IMG/VR virus record: IMGVR_UViG_3300045988_033140
Location: 41,447 to 105,446 of that record
DNA from: a virus
Length of the DNA stretch: 64,000 bases
Strand: one strand, 5' to 3'
In this document: positions 1-10,093 of the stretch, one piece after another
How positions within the stretch are numbered: position 1 is the stretch's first letter
How the letters are laid out: every line of letters begins with the position of its first letter
Notes under the pieces: generated by a model
Databases searched by the model: none
The model's input: only the letters and a program-made list of their open reading frames with translations
Told to the model about the DNA's origin: nothing
Program-made: the position numbers and the translations under genes

Positions 1-1653
1 TGGATAACCGTAACTACTCGTGGATGTATCACCTAAATACATGATACGCGTAGCATTACTAGTATAATAACTATACGCAAAATTCTTACCTTGGGTACAT
101 TCTGCTTTACTAATAGAGCTATTAGCAACAGATAATGGAGAATAAGAATCAAGACCAAATTCTCTTTCTGAAAGCAAGAATACTGTTTCATCATTATAAG
201 TTACATCGCCATTACGAGAACTATTAGTAGATGGACAAGTGCCTTTTTTAATAGTCTTAATAGAGGCTTTACCGGGAAAAGCGTTATAATAGTTTTGACA
301 TAGACTTCTAGCAGTAGAACCAATCCAAACTGCGTTACTACCGAAAGAGGTATACTGGGATAAGCAGTTCTTAGTCTGGAACGTAACTGTATTATTAGCA
401 TCTTGATCTACGCCGATAACTCTAATTAAGTGAGTAGTAGTACCTAAAACTGGGCTCGAAAGCGTTACAGATTTAGTTGTGCCAAGAATAGCACCGCCAT
501 TACTAGTTTTAATAGAGGTGCCAGTATGAGAAGCAAGATAGTTCTTTAAACCAGCAAACCATGCCGCATCAACAGTACCACCATCAGCGCCCCAAGACCA
601 ATATTCTGCGCTAACAGTAATAGTCTTACTAGAAGGCGCAGTATGGTTAGTGCCTGCAGCGACGCTAATGGTAATAGTTTTTGCGGAAACCGCAGTAGAA
701 CCATTACCTTTAATAGTAAGAGTATTGCCATTAAGAGATAAGGTCAAACCAGAAATACTAGTAGGACTATAGCTAATAGCACCATTGCCCGCGCGAGTAA
801 TAGTAACAGCTACGCCGGAGCTATAGTTATTACCATTAATGGCTACTATCGTTGGACTTACACTCAAACTACCTGCCGCCTTGTTGATTGTCCAATTAAC
901 ATTGATTGCGGTAGTGGTTCCGTCCGTCCAGCGATAGTTACTACCGGGCGTAAAACTAGCTGCATAAGTCCCCGCATTAGTAGCAGATGTAGTACCACCA
1001 ATAGTCATGTAACTAGTGTTATAGTTATTCCAATAACTGGTGCTATTGATGGATTGCGGATTCCCGTTATAGGTAAGATTATTCTTCCACGTAGGTTTAG
1101 CTATAGATTTACGATTGACTGTAACATTAAAAGTCGCAGTTTGAGTAACTCCATTTTCTGTGTAGCTAACTGTAACTACTTGATTTCCAATAGTTGAAAA
1201 AGTTTTTGGAGAGCAAGAATAACTAGTTACCGGTTTAGTCTGAGAATCGGAATAACTAGCAGTAACAACCATACCAGTAGTAACTAAAGTATCTCCATAC
1301 TCATAGGTTAACTTATTAGGTTTAGTAGTTATAGTAATCGCGGAGAGCCTATGCGTGACTGTGACTGCTAGAGTCGTAGTGCAAGTTTCTCCGCCTTCAG
1401 AGTAAGTGATGGTTACGGAAGTAGTACCATCAGTTAAGACGCTAGGGGATACAGAATATCCACTAACTTCTGCGGTTGCTAGAACCGCTTGCCCAGTACC
1501 GTAAGATGCGGTAACGACCATACCGGCGCTATTGAAGCTGTCGCCCGCAAGATAGCTGGTCTTAGTAGGCTTAGTGGTGACTTCGATCTTCATAAGAACG
1601 ATGCCGCTTCCTCCACCTTTTCCGCCTTGCTCAGCTAAAATACACTTAGGCAA
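1..1653 (-). CDS. Tail fiber / receptor-binding-like protein with repeated Ig-like (Big_2-type) domains; partial, runs off the window start
   Basis: Hand translation of the minus strand from 1653 gives an uninterrupted >540-aa frame with no stop of any kind. It has repeated ~80-aa modules (TKPTKTSYLAGDSFNSAGMVVTASYGTGQ..TVTVT). Start is TTG at 1653-1651, 8 nt after a GGAGG. The track ORF 1574..1801 lies antisense to this frame and is considered spurious. Confidence 0.55.
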   Translation of the reverse strand, partial: MPKCILAEQGGKGGGSGIVLMKIEVTTKPTKTSYLAGDSFNSAGMVVTASYGTGQAVLATAEVSGYSVSPSVLTDGTTSVTITYSEGGETCTTTLAVTVTHRLSAITITTKPNKLTYEYGDTLVTTGMVVTASYSDSQTKPVTSYSCSPKTFSTIGNQVVTVSYTENGVTQTATFNVTVNRKSIAKPTWKNNLTYNGNPQSINSTSYWNNYNTSYMTIGGTTSATNAGTYAASFTPGSNYRWTDGTTTAINVNWTINKAAGSLSVSPTIVAINGNNYSSGVAVTITRAGNGAISYSPTSISGLTLSLNGNTLTIKGNGSTAVSAKTITISVAAGTNHTAPSSKTITVSAEYWSWGADGGTVDAAWFAGLKNYLASHTGTSIKTSNGGAILGTTKSVTLSSPVLGTTTHLIRVIGVDQDANNTVTFQTKNCLSQYTSFGSNAVWIGSTARSLCQNYYNAFPGKASIKTIKKGTCPSTNSSRNGDVTYNDETVFLLSEREFGLDSYSPLSVANSSISKAECTQGKNFAYSYYTSNATRIMYLGDTSTSSYGYP

Positions 1654-1907
1654 GATTATAACCTCCTTCGTATCTAGCTCTTTTAAAAATGCCAAAAGAT
1701 TTTCCGAGAAAAAGTACACTTTTTTATGGGAAAAATACTTCCAGAAACTAGATAATAAAAAATTGGGAAAAAGGTATAGAAACCCTTTTCCCTTCAAGTA
1801 GGTATCTTACCTTTTCAGATATACATAAAAAACAAGCTAAGAAAATTATTTATGATTGACCAAAGCCCAGTTAAGTGTACTTTTTTGAAGATGAAAGGAG
1901 AATTAAA

Positions 1908-2201
1908 GTGAGCTTAAAATGTATTCTGCAAGATCAATAGATTAAACCAATAACATTTACTGTAACACTTTTTGCTAATAATTGGATTGATAATAAACAA
2001 ATTATTGAAAATAATAATTTTATTGTAAATAAATATGCATATATAATTAGTCCAACAGGAGATAGTTTTCTCGCTTGTAACAATGCAATTGTTTATATAG
2101 ACAATGTAGTTGAAACTGGTAAAATAACATTTCATTGTATTGAACCTCCTTCAACAGATTTAATAATGAATGTTTTAAAAACGGAGGTAATAACATTATG
2201 A
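1908..2201 (+). CDS. Hypothetical 97-aa protein; contains one in-frame TAG read as Gln
   Basis: GTG start 7 nt after GAAAGGAG. The frame stays open through a TAG at codon 11 to a TGA that overlaps the next ATG (ATGA), indicating translational coupling. Confidence 0.4.
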
Positions 2202-3478
2202 GTTTAGTTTTTTATATGAGCGGTGGAGGAAGTAATATTCGTCTATCAAAAATTGAAATTATTTCACCACCAGAAAAAATAAATTATAAACATGGAGAAC
2301 AATTTTCTTCTGCGGGAATGACTGTGCGGGCAACATACAGTAATGGCGCTACAAGGATGGTTACTGACTTTACGTGTTTACCCAGTAGAGCGCTGAAATT
2401 TACAGATGAAAAAATCACTGTAGTTTACGCAGAAAATGGTATTACCAGGAGTGCAGAGCAGTCGATCAGCGTGGGGTCTCCCGTTGTTATCACGGACGTA
2501 AGACAGCTACCATACACTTACAATCTAAAGGGCTGCGGCAAGTATAATAATCAATATCTGATGGTCGGCAACGACGCAAGCTGGAACATATATGGGACGA
2601 TTGCTCCTGTGAGCGGGCAGGTCAACAACTTTAAAATGAATGTATCAGGAACATATCCTGCTGCGGGTATGCTTGTAACTGACACACGCATTGATATCCC
2701 TATAACAAACAAGTATGGCGGTACGCTCTATAAAAATCGGTATAAGATTGCTCTTACAGTAGCTGACTTCTTAGCAAAAAAGCAAGGATTTCAGGTCACT
2801 ACTGGTGCCAATATTCGCATGAATTGCGTCACCGAGGGCGACAATGGCTATATTTATACGGGTGGTAAAGGCGCAAATGAGGAATCCTGCATCGCCTATG
2901 TGTCCAAATCAGCGGCGGTAACTACAAACCTGGCAGTACGGAACTTCGGATCGTATGGCGAAATCATTGACATTGCGTCCTGCAAGGATTCTACTGGTGC
3001 AAGTCACTTGGCGGCGTTAACAGAAAATAACAAAATTCTGTATAAAGATTTGGGTGCCAGCGGGGAACTAAACGGGTCTTTTATTACTCAGGCCCACACT
3101 ATGGTAAAAATTGGAATGTTACCAGATAACACGGAGATGTATCGCTGTGCCATCGTCCACAAAGAATCGAATAATAATTTTTATTTATATTCTCAGAACC
3201 CAAATAGTCCGGGCAAGAACAGTTACCCCGCAATTGCGTCAGGTGACAGCACCATCTTAGGTGTTGGGGCAATTGATAACTATGCAATTGTAGTCTTTGC
3301 TGATGCCGCAGGAAATGCGAAAATTTACGTTAATGAAGATTGGGAAAATGGTAAAACATATTCATTGGGTGCCATGGCTCCTCTTGCCATGTGTAAAATT
3401 GAAAATGGTATTGGTGTGATTTGTAAAACAAATACAGCCAATACATTAGTTATTAAAGAAATTACTTTAACAACATGA
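2198..3478 (+). CDS. Structural protein with N-terminal Ig-like (Big_2-type) domain; putative tail fiber / receptor-binding protein
   Basis: Intact 426-aa ORF with GGAGG 10 nt upstream. The N-terminus (IEIISPPEKINYKHGEQFSSAGMTVRATYSNGATRMVTDF) resembles the repeats of the divergent gene at 1..1653. Confidence 0.55.
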   Translation: MSLVFYMSGGGSNIRLSKIEIISPPEKINYKHGEQFSSAGMTVRATYSNGATRMVTDFTCLPSRALKFTDEKITVVYAENGITRSAEQSISVGSPVVITDVRQLPYTYNLKGCGKYNNQYLMVGNDASWNIYGTIAPVSGQVNNFKMNVSGTYPAAGMLVTDTRIDIPITNKYGGTLYKNRYKIALTVADFLAKKQGFQVTTGANIRMNCVTEGDNGYIYTGGKGANEESCIAYVSKSAAVTTNLAVRNFGSYGEIIDIASCKDSTGASHLAALTENNKILYKDLGASGELNGSFITQAHTMVKIGMLPDNTEMYRCAIVHKESNNNFYLYSQNPNSPGKNSYPAIASGDSTILGVGAIDNYAIVVFADAAGNAKIYVNEDWENGKTYSLGAMAPLAMCKIENGIGVICKTNTANTLVIKEITLTT

Positions 3479-3498
3479 TTACTGAATAATTTTACCAA

Positions 3499-3538
3499 AA
3501 AATTTGGCAAAGTTGTTAAATCAACTTTGCCAAATTTT
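3499..3538 (+). terminator. Perfect 17-bp inverted repeat (AAAATTTGGCAAAGTTG-ttaaat-CAACTTTGCCAAATTTT) followed by TTTTCATT; terminator or operator-like palindrome
   Basis: Seen directly, 20 nt after the stop of 2198..3478. A related TTGGCAAAA motif recurs twice at 4660-4690. Confidence 0.4.
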
Positions 3539-3561
3539 CATTATATAATGAGGTGATAAAG

Positions 3562-4167
<606 letters not shown>

Positions 4168-4216
4168 TCAATCTTCCTTTTGTTTGATATATTATATACA
4201 ATAAGGAGGAATTATT

Positions 4217-4600
4217 ATGCCAGAAATTGTGATTCAAATTATCCAGGTGTGTGTTATTCCTTTACTCGGTATCTTGACTAAATTCCTCGTGGATTATTTA
4301 TCCGCAAAACGAGATGAAATTAACTCTAAGACCGACAATGAGATTGCTCAGAAATATACCAATATGATTTATCAGACTGTCGTTGATTGCGTTATTGCAA
4401 CCAATCAGACCTATGTAGATAGCTTGAAGAAATCTGGAAGCTTCGATGAAGCAGCTCAGAAGGAAGCATTTAACCGCACAATGAACGCTATTATGACTAT
4501 TCTAAGTGACGATGCTAAGGAATATATTACCGAAGCTACAGGTGACTTAAATACTTATCTCACTCAGTTAATCGAGGCCGAGGTTAATAAGCGTAAATAA
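4217..4600 (+). CDS. Holin_LLH-family protein (phage holin superfamily 6-like), single N-terminal TM
   Basis: 127-aa ORF with AAGGAGG RBS and an N-terminal hydrophobic helix. The conserved LKKSGSFDEAAQKEAF block is typical of LL-H-type holins. Confidence 0.5.
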   Translation: MPEIVIQIIQVCVIPLLGILTKFLVDYLSAKRDEINSKTDNEIAQKYTNMIYQTVVDCVIATNQTYVDSLKKSGSFDEAAQKEAFNRTMNAIMTILSDDAKEYITEATGDLNTYLTQLIEAEVNKRK

Positions 4601-4608
4601 CAAGAAAA

Positions 4609-4640
4609 AGGGAGCCTAATAGGCTCCCTATATTTTTTTT
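4609..4640 (+). terminator. Rho-independent terminator (AGGGAGCCT-aat-AGGCTCCCT + T9)
   Basis: GC-rich hairpin followed by a T-run immediately after the 4600 stop. Confidence 0.75.
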
Positions 4641-4745
4641 TCAAAAAAATTGGCAAAATTTTTGGCAAAAATGTAAAATCGTCCATAGACGATTTTCATA
4701 TACTAATGAAAGGTCAAAGGAAATATTTTTAGGAGGTAAAAAATT

Positions 4746-5144
4746 TTGGCAACTAATTATCCATACTATCCACAGCAACCTATGTATCCAAGACCAGGTA
4801 TTCAATATGTGGATCAGACCTAGCCGCAAATGGGTATTAAAGGCCGGCCTGTATCTTCTATTGAAGAGGCCCGTGCCATTAGCATTGATTTCGATGGCTC
4901 TGTATTTTATTTTCCTGATTTAGCAAATAGACGTATTTATACTAAACAAATAAACATGGATGGCACAGCCAGTCTTAATGTTTATGAGCTAAAGAATGAG
5001 CCAGTCGTCAGCTCTCCTCAGTATGTTACTAGAGAAGAGTTTGAGACTACATTAGCGCAATTAAAACAAGCTATGTTAGGAAAGGAGCCAGAATCTCAGC
5101 CCGCATCGGTATAGCCGCAGTAGACTGAGAAATTTAAGTTTTAA
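4746..5144 (+). CDS. Hypothetical Pro/Tyr/Gln-rich protein, 132 aa, 3 in-frame TAG (Gln)
   Basis: TTG start 9 nt after AGGAGG. The frame is open through TAGs at codons 26, 126 and 129 and ends at TAA. The track shows only the 4830..5114 fragment. Confidence 0.45.
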
Positions 5145-5157
5145 GGAGACATGAATT

Positions 5158-5391
5158 ATGAACCCAATGCAACTTATCCAAATGCTTAGGAGTGGACAGA
5201 ATCCTTAGCAACTCGCTATGAATCTGCTAGAAAGCTAGATGGGTGAGACCCCAATGGGTCAAAACCTTTTAAATCTAGCCAAGAATGGTCGATCCGCAGA
5301 TATTGAGCAAATTGCTCGTAACTTAGCTAAACAATAGGGAATAGATTTCGACAAAGAATTTGCCGCCTTTAAAGAGATGCTTGGCCTTTAA
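5158..5391 (+). CDS. Hypothetical 77-aa protein with 3 in-frame TAG (Gln)
   Basis: ATG 9 nt after AAGGAG. The translation MNPMQLIQMLRSGQNP[Q]QLAMNLLES[Q]MGE...AKQ[Q]GIDF is a plausible small helical protein. It ends in TAA. Confidence 0.45.
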
Positions 5392-5418
5392 TCATCTTAT
5401 TAAAGGAGGAACATTTTT

Positions 5419-6270
5419 ATGTTCAATAATTCTAATGGCTATAGTCTAGCTGATATTGCGGCTGCTACTGGTGGTAACAACCGCAATGACGGTATGTGGG
5501 ACAACGGTGCGTGGTGGATTATTATCCTCTTCCTCTTCTGTTTCAACGGTGGTATGTGGGGTAATGGTTTCGGTCGCGGCATGGGCGCTGGATCTCCTGC
5601 ATATCAAGGAACTACCACTCGTGAAGAAATCGCTTATGGTTTTGATATGAATGGTTTACAAAATAGTATTCGTGGCGTACAGCAAGGCCTTTGCGATGGT
5701 TTCTATGCAATGAATACTGGAATGTTAAATAATTTTGCAGGTGTTAATAATGCAGTATGCTCTCTCGGTTATCAGACTGCTCAACTTGCTAACGGTTTAA
5801 CCTCTGATATTGTAGCTAATCGTTTTGCTGCACAACAGGGTGTATGCCAGGTTGAAAATGCTATCAATCAGGCTCGTTATGATAATACTATTGGTCAGAA
5901 TAGTATTGCTCGTGAGATTTCTGATTGTTGCTGCGAGAATGGTAGAGCTCTAGAGCGTGGTTTTGCTGATGTTAACTATAACATGGCTACTAATACTTGC
6001 GCTATCCAGACCTCTATGGCAAATCACACCCGTGACATTATCGACAGTCAGAATGCTGGCACTCGTGCTATCCTTGATTATCTCTGCCAGGAGAAAATCT
6101 CTGATCTCCAGAGTGAGAACCAGGCTCTCCGCCTTGCTGCATCTCAGCAAGCTCAGAACAACTATCTGGTCAGCCAGCTCGGCACTAAAGCACCTGTTCC
6201 CGCCTATGTGGTTGCAAACCCATACTGCAACTGCGGGACCGCAACTTATGGTTGCGGCTTAACTGCCTAA
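5419..6270 (+). CDS. Hypothetical 283-aa protein with one TM segment and a Gln/Cys-rich C-terminal region
   Basis: Intact ORF with AAAGGAGG RBS. No TAG despite 30 Gln codons. Confidence 0.5.
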   Translation: MFNNSNGYSLADIAAATGGNNRNDGMWDNGAWWIIILFLFCFNGGMWGNGFGRGMGAGSPAYQGTTTREEIAYGFDMNGLQNSIRGVQQGLCDGFYAMNTGMLNNFAGVNNAVCSLGYQTAQLANGLTSDIVANRFAAQQGVCQVENAINQARYDNTIGQNSIAREISDCCCENGRALERGFADVNYNMATNTCAIQTSMANHTRDIIDSQNAGTRAILDYLCQEKISDLQSENQALRLAASQQAQNNYLVSQLGTKAPVPAYVVANPYCNCGTATYGCGLTA

Positions 6271-6329
6271 ATTAACCTATAAGGGGAGAGTAATCTCCCC
6301 TTATATTAAAAACAAGGAGGATTTGTATT

Positions 6330-6752
6330 ATGGAAATTACCGCTAATGCTGTGCAAACAGTCGCGGCTAATCAAGATGTTTTATTCACAAATGTTGCTAT
6401 CGCAGGCAACTCTTCTACCGTTCATCGTAGCGGTAGTGGTCAAGTAACTTTAAGAGGTTTGACTAATTGCCAGTGTCGTGCGCGTTTTCGCGTGTCCTTT
6501 GGAGGTAATATTGCGGTTCCCGCGGATGGTACTGCTGGGCCAATTTCATTAGCTATTGCTATTGATGGTGAACCTATCAATACCACTACCATGATTTATA
6601 CGCCAACCGCAGTTAGCACTTATGGTAATATTTTTGGTGCTATCTTTATTGATATTCCACGTGGATGCTGTGGAAAAGTAAGCGTAAGAAATATCTCTAC
6701 TATTCCAGTAAGTGTTCAAAATGCTAATCTAATTGTTGAAAGGGTGGCTTAA
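6330..6752 (+). CDS. Hypothetical protein with possible C1q/TNF-like (BclA C-terminal-like) jelly-roll domain
   Basis: Intact 140-aa ORF with AAGGAGG RBS. Sequence style (VLFTNVAIAGNSS..GQVTL..ISLAIAIDGEPINTT..NANLIVERVA) resembles BclA-CTD/C1q trimeric tips. Weak call. Confidence 0.35.
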   Translation: MEITANAVQTVAANQDVLFTNVAIAGNSSTVHRSGSGQVTLRGLTNCQCRARFRVSFGGNIAVPADGTAGPISLAIAIDGEPINTTTMIYTPTAVSTYGNIFGAIFIDIPRGCCGKVSVRNISTIPVSVQNANLIVERVA

Positions 6753-6755
6753 TTT

Positions 6756-7325
6756 ATGGAACGACTAAAGCATATGGAAGAAGTCTTGATGGGCTGTGTT
6801 CAGGCACAGTTAAGTCATCTTGATACAGTAGATACTGAGGAATTAGGTCAGGCTATTAATATGATTAAAGACCTTGAGCAGGCTAAGTATTACTGCTCTA
6901 TTGTCAAGGCAATGGAAGAAGCCGAAGAGGACGAAACTAAAGAAAAGAGCCATCACCATAGAGATATGGATAGAGTATATGGAAGAATGTATTATGAGGG
7001 TCCAGACGGCCGTTATCCATGGAAAAAGCGCGATCGCGATGAAGATTGGGAGAGTTATCCTTATTATCCTGAACGTGGACGCGAGATTGATATTCGCGAT
7101 TCTCGCGAAGGCCGCAGTCCAATAACTCGTCGTATGTATATGGAATCTAAACAACTCCATAAAGATAAGACAGAAAAGGTTAAAGAATTAGAGAAGTATA
7201 TGCAGGAACTCTCTGAGGACATCGTAGAAATGATTGATGGAGCTTCTCCAGAAGAGCGTCAAGTTCTAGAGAAGAAAATGACTAGCTTGACCAATAAGAT
7301 CGCGCAGTTAAACCTCAATGCTTAA
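6756..7325 (+). CDS. Hypothetical acidic coiled-coil protein (189 aa)
   Basis: Intact ORF, highly charged (E/D/K/R-rich). Confidence 0.45.
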   Translation: MERLKHMEEVLMGCVQAQLSHLDTVDTEELGQAINMIKDLEQAKYYCSIVKAMEEAEEDETKEKSHHHRDMDRVYGRMYYEGPDGRYPWKKRDRDEDWESYPYYPERGREIDIRDSREGRSPITRRMYMESKQLHKDKTEKVKELEKYMQELSEDIVEMIDGASPEERQVLEKKMTSLTNKIAQLNLNA

Positions 7326-7650
7326 TATTAACGGGGTAAGTTGGAGGATATTGCTAGTACCTCCAACTTCCTCTACTCTTGCTAGGAGCGATGGGTCATT
7401 AGCTTCTGGTGCTTGTGATAATGATACTAAATGTATCTATATCAATGAGAATCTTAATTCTTCTTTAATGAAGAGAGTGTTATGTCACGAAATAACTCAT
7501 GCTGCTATGTTCAGCTATGAAACTGATTTAACCGTTGAACAAGAGGAGCTATTAGCAGATTTAATAGCTACTTATGGACAGGAAATAATTTCTAAAACCA
7601 ATGATATATTTCAACGATTAAAAGCAAATAAAGGGGACTTGTCAAGTTAA
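7318..7650 (+). CDS. Putative Zn metallopeptidase domain protein (HExxH; ImmA/IrrE, M78-like)
   Basis: KCIYINENLNSSLMKRVLCHEITHAAMF matches the I-x-I-N..R..L-x-H-E-x-x-H arrangement of ImmA/IrrE-type peptidases. Its start overlaps the upstream gene by 8 nt. Confidence 0.4.
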   Translation: MLNINGVSWRILLVPPTSSTLARSDGSLASGACDNDTKCIYINENLNSSLMKRVLCHEITHAAMFSYETDLTVEQEELLADLIATYGQEIISKTNDIFQRLKANKGDLSS

Positions 7651-7670
7651 AGACAAGTCCCCTTTATTTT
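7633..7670. terminator. Bidirectional terminator hairpin (GGGGACTTGTC-aagttaaa-GACAAGTCCCC + TTTATTTT)
   Basis: 11-bp GC-rich stem followed by a T-run. It sits between the convergent genes ending at 7650 (+) and 7672 (-). Confidence 0.7.
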
Positions 7671-7671
7671 G

Positions 7672-8103
7672 TTATTCGGGTTTAATTGGTAGTTCCAATG
7701 CTAATTCGTAATATTCTTTAGCTTGACCATTTCCGCCTAATCCAGAATATATTCGATAAAACTCGCTTAATTGGTCATATTGCTCTTGCGTCATATAACT
7801 CTATTTAATATAAGCTTTACAAAGCTAAACCAAACGGAATTTATAAGACGAAATAATTAGCTGCATATGACTTTTCTCAATATCTTTAGTTTCCATGATA
7901 TATTTTCGAAGTTCTTCGATTTCTTTCTGAATCGGTTCAATACGAGAATCTATAGTTTTTTCTAACTCAGTGTCTTTACTCTCTTCAAGTAATTTTTTGT
8001 AATTCTTTAACTAGCTATGTAAGTATTTACAAAAAGCTAAGGCTCCCGCTGATACTAAGCCGAAAAAAATTTCAACTAAATGTTCAGCAATAAAAGTAAA
8101 CAT
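7672..8103 (-). CDS. Hypothetical membrane/coiled-coil protein, 143 aa, 3 in-frame TAG (Gln)
   Basis: ATG follows GGAAGGAGG. N-terminal TM (FIAEHLVEIFFGLVSAGALAF). 144 codons in frame end at TAA (7672) and include three TAG codons (after YLHS, RLV and AYIK). Confidence 0.5.
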
Positions 8104-8178
8104 AAAATCCTCCTTCCTTAAACCTCTCAAGAAATTTAAGAGTTAAGAAAGGAGGATTATTTTATTTAGACCGCATCC

Positions 8179-8658
8179 TTACCAAGCGCATTTATTCTTC
8201 TTGATATGATGTGTCCCGATACATACAGCATCCGCGATATCCTAGATAACATGGATACCATAATTCTATTCTACATATAGTTGAGCATTCTTTTTCTATT
8301 CTGCTCTTGTTCGACCCTTAATGCCTAAAGTAGATTTCCAAGATGCGGCGAGAACTGTTGAATGAGGAATCTGGATTTCTTGTAGTAACTCTGATACAAC
8401 TCCATAAACCTCTGCCAAGACCTTAAAGGTCTAAACATTATTAGCCACATTGTTCTATTGCTAAATATCTTCAAAGATTACTTCGTCGATATTATAATCT
8501 GCAACTAAAGTCTAAATACCCTATCGCAACTAAACTAGTCTAATATCAGTATTTGGATCATCTAAAGAAATCTTGCCGTAGGACTTCAATTCACCATCTT
8601 CAAAGATAGCCCACCCAGTAACCTTTGAGGCTTGGTCGAGGGCTAACAAGCGACTCAT
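8179..8658 (-). CDS. RuvC-like Holliday junction resolvase, 159 aa, about 11 in-frame TAG (Gln)
   Basis: MSRLLALDQASKVTGWAIFEDGELKSYGKI is a RuvC N-terminus with the catalytic Asp. Further acidic residues (IFED, DIADAV) sit at expected positions. Start overlaps the dUTPase stop (TAATG). 160 codons are in frame only if TAG is sense. The track ORF 8625..8984 (+) is considered spurious. Confidence 0.75.
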
Positions 8659-9224
8659 TACTTACTTGTAGAACCGAATCCGCCTACGCGCTCGCCTGTC
8701 GCAGCATCATCATCGGTTACTCCATAAGTATGAATAATTCCTTGCCCGATCTTATCTCCACGTTTAAGCTGAATAGCAAAAGGAGAAAGATTGATAATCT
8801 GGAAGAAGATTTCACCCTCATTATCAGGGTTATCGCAATAATCGGCGTCAATGATACCGATACTATTACCAATAATCAACCAATGCTTAAGAGGGGTAGA
8901 ACTGCGGGCACTCAGTTCGAGGTACTGACCAGGCTCAAGATGACACTTCATACCGGTAGATACAAGAGGAATTTTTGCTTTTAGTTCCTTAGTAAGAGCC
9001 GCCATTTCATCAAGAGAAAGCGGGTCAATAAAGCCATAGAAGTCTTCGTGGCGTTCCTTCTCAAATAAATCATCCTGAATCTTGGTTCTTAGAAAATCAT
9101 AGGGAGGAATCACAATATCCTCCGCTACTACAAAATCATAACCTGCGGAATTGGCGGTTGCACGAGTCGGCAGGGGTAGATCAACATCCGCAAAACGGGA
9201 AACTTTTTCGAAATAACAGCTCAT
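8658..9224 (-). CDS. dut: dUTPase
   Basis: Intact 188-aa ORF with trimeric dUTPase motifs (AGYD, GIIDADY, RVGGFGSTSK). Confidence 0.85.
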   Translation of the reverse strand: MSCYFEKVSRFADVDLPLPTRATANSAGYDFVVAEDIVIPPYDFLRTKIQDDLFEKERHEDFYGFIDPLSLDEMAALTKELKAKIPLVSTGMKCHLEPGQYLELSARSSTPLKHWLIIGNSIGIIDADYCDNPDNEGEIFFQIINLSPFAIQLKRGDKIGQGIIHTYGVTDDDAATGERVGGFGSTSK

Positions 9225-9466
9225 TACTCTTCCTCCATACTGATAGGCATAACCCCTTCAGGGTCTTTCTCATTGTCGATAGTAATAGTAGCAGTCACAA
9301 GCTGATACTCTTCAATGATCTCGCCTTTTGCCTTAATATATTTAGTAGCGTACTTAAAGGAAGTTAACTCGCCAATACAATTCTTGTCAAGCCACTTCCG
9401 CAGACGAAGAGCATCTTCGACAGTAGGTACGCGATACACATTCGTTGTTTTCAAAGTATACATCAT
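9224..9466 (-). CDS. Hypothetical protein (80 aa)
   Basis: Intact ORF in a coupled string of small genes (TAATG overlap with the upstream gene). Confidence 0.4.
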   Translation of the reverse strand: MMYTLKTTNVYRVPTVEDALRLRKWLDKNCIGELTSFKYATKYIKAKGEIIEEYQLVTATITIDNEKDPEGVMPISMEEE

Positions 9467-9723
9467 TAAATACCTTCCACTTCAATTTTTTGCTTTGTGT
9501 AATTACTTGTAATTAACTGTTGTCTAATTTCTTCTACTACATGGGATGGAGCATCAATCTTTACAGAAAAGATATTAGTTGCATCCGCAAGTAAACCAAT
9601 ATTCTTTGCAAATTCAGAGATATTGGAGTCGATTACTGTCTGCTACTGAGAATCATCTCGGCAGATATAAACACGGGATTCCGCAGAAAATGGATCGTAA
9701 TGAACTACTAATACATCGTTCAT
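9466..9723 (-). CDS. Hypothetical protein (85 aa) with 1 in-frame TAG
   Basis: ATG overlaps the TGA of the upstream gene (ATGA). Translation MNDVLVVHYDPFSAESRVYICRDDSQ[Q]QTVIDS...EVEGI; TAA stop overlaps the next ATG. Confidence 0.4.
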
Positions 9724-10064
9724 ACTTCAATCACCCCTTGTGTATAGTCAAACATGGCATACATTGAGCAAGTTTTATCTTGCTGAATCCAGAATTCGAC
9801 CATGTCATTTTGCACTTCGATGCCTTTTAAAACGCCCAATGTTTTAGCAACATCAATCATTTCAAAAGCCATCTTCTTTACATCATGCTCTTGATTATAG
9901 GTATATACAGTGTAGTATCTACCATCTACATTTAACATCATGTAGTATTTAGAGTCATGCTCAGTTAGAAACTGTTCAAGCTTTTCAGTTGCCCTGCGGA
10001 TTTCAGCCTTCGGCATCTTAGGAAGCTTGTTATAAGCAATCTAGTTCATTTCATATAAGGTCAT
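9720..10064 (-). CDS. Hypothetical protein (114 aa; N-terminus extended through 1 TAG relative to the track ORF)
   Basis: ATG with AAAAGGAGA RBS at 10064. It reads MTLYEMN[Q]IAYNKLPKMPKAEIRR... in frame with the track ORF 9720..10016. Confidence 0.4.
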
Positions 10065-10093
10065 AGCAATTCTCCTTTTCTTTTATTATAATA

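Noticed and set aside
1574-2135. Track ORFs 1574..1801 (+) and 1914..2135 (-)
   Set aside because: The first is antisense to the clearly coding fibre gene start. The second is an AT-rich ORF in the divergent promoter region, opposite the better-supported coupled gene 1908..2201 (+).
5240-5300. Possible hix/gix-like invertase crossover site (CAAAACCTTTTAAAT) near the recombinase
   Set aside because: Only one half-site shows similarity, there is no partner site in inverted orientation, and it lies inside a coding region. Not supported.
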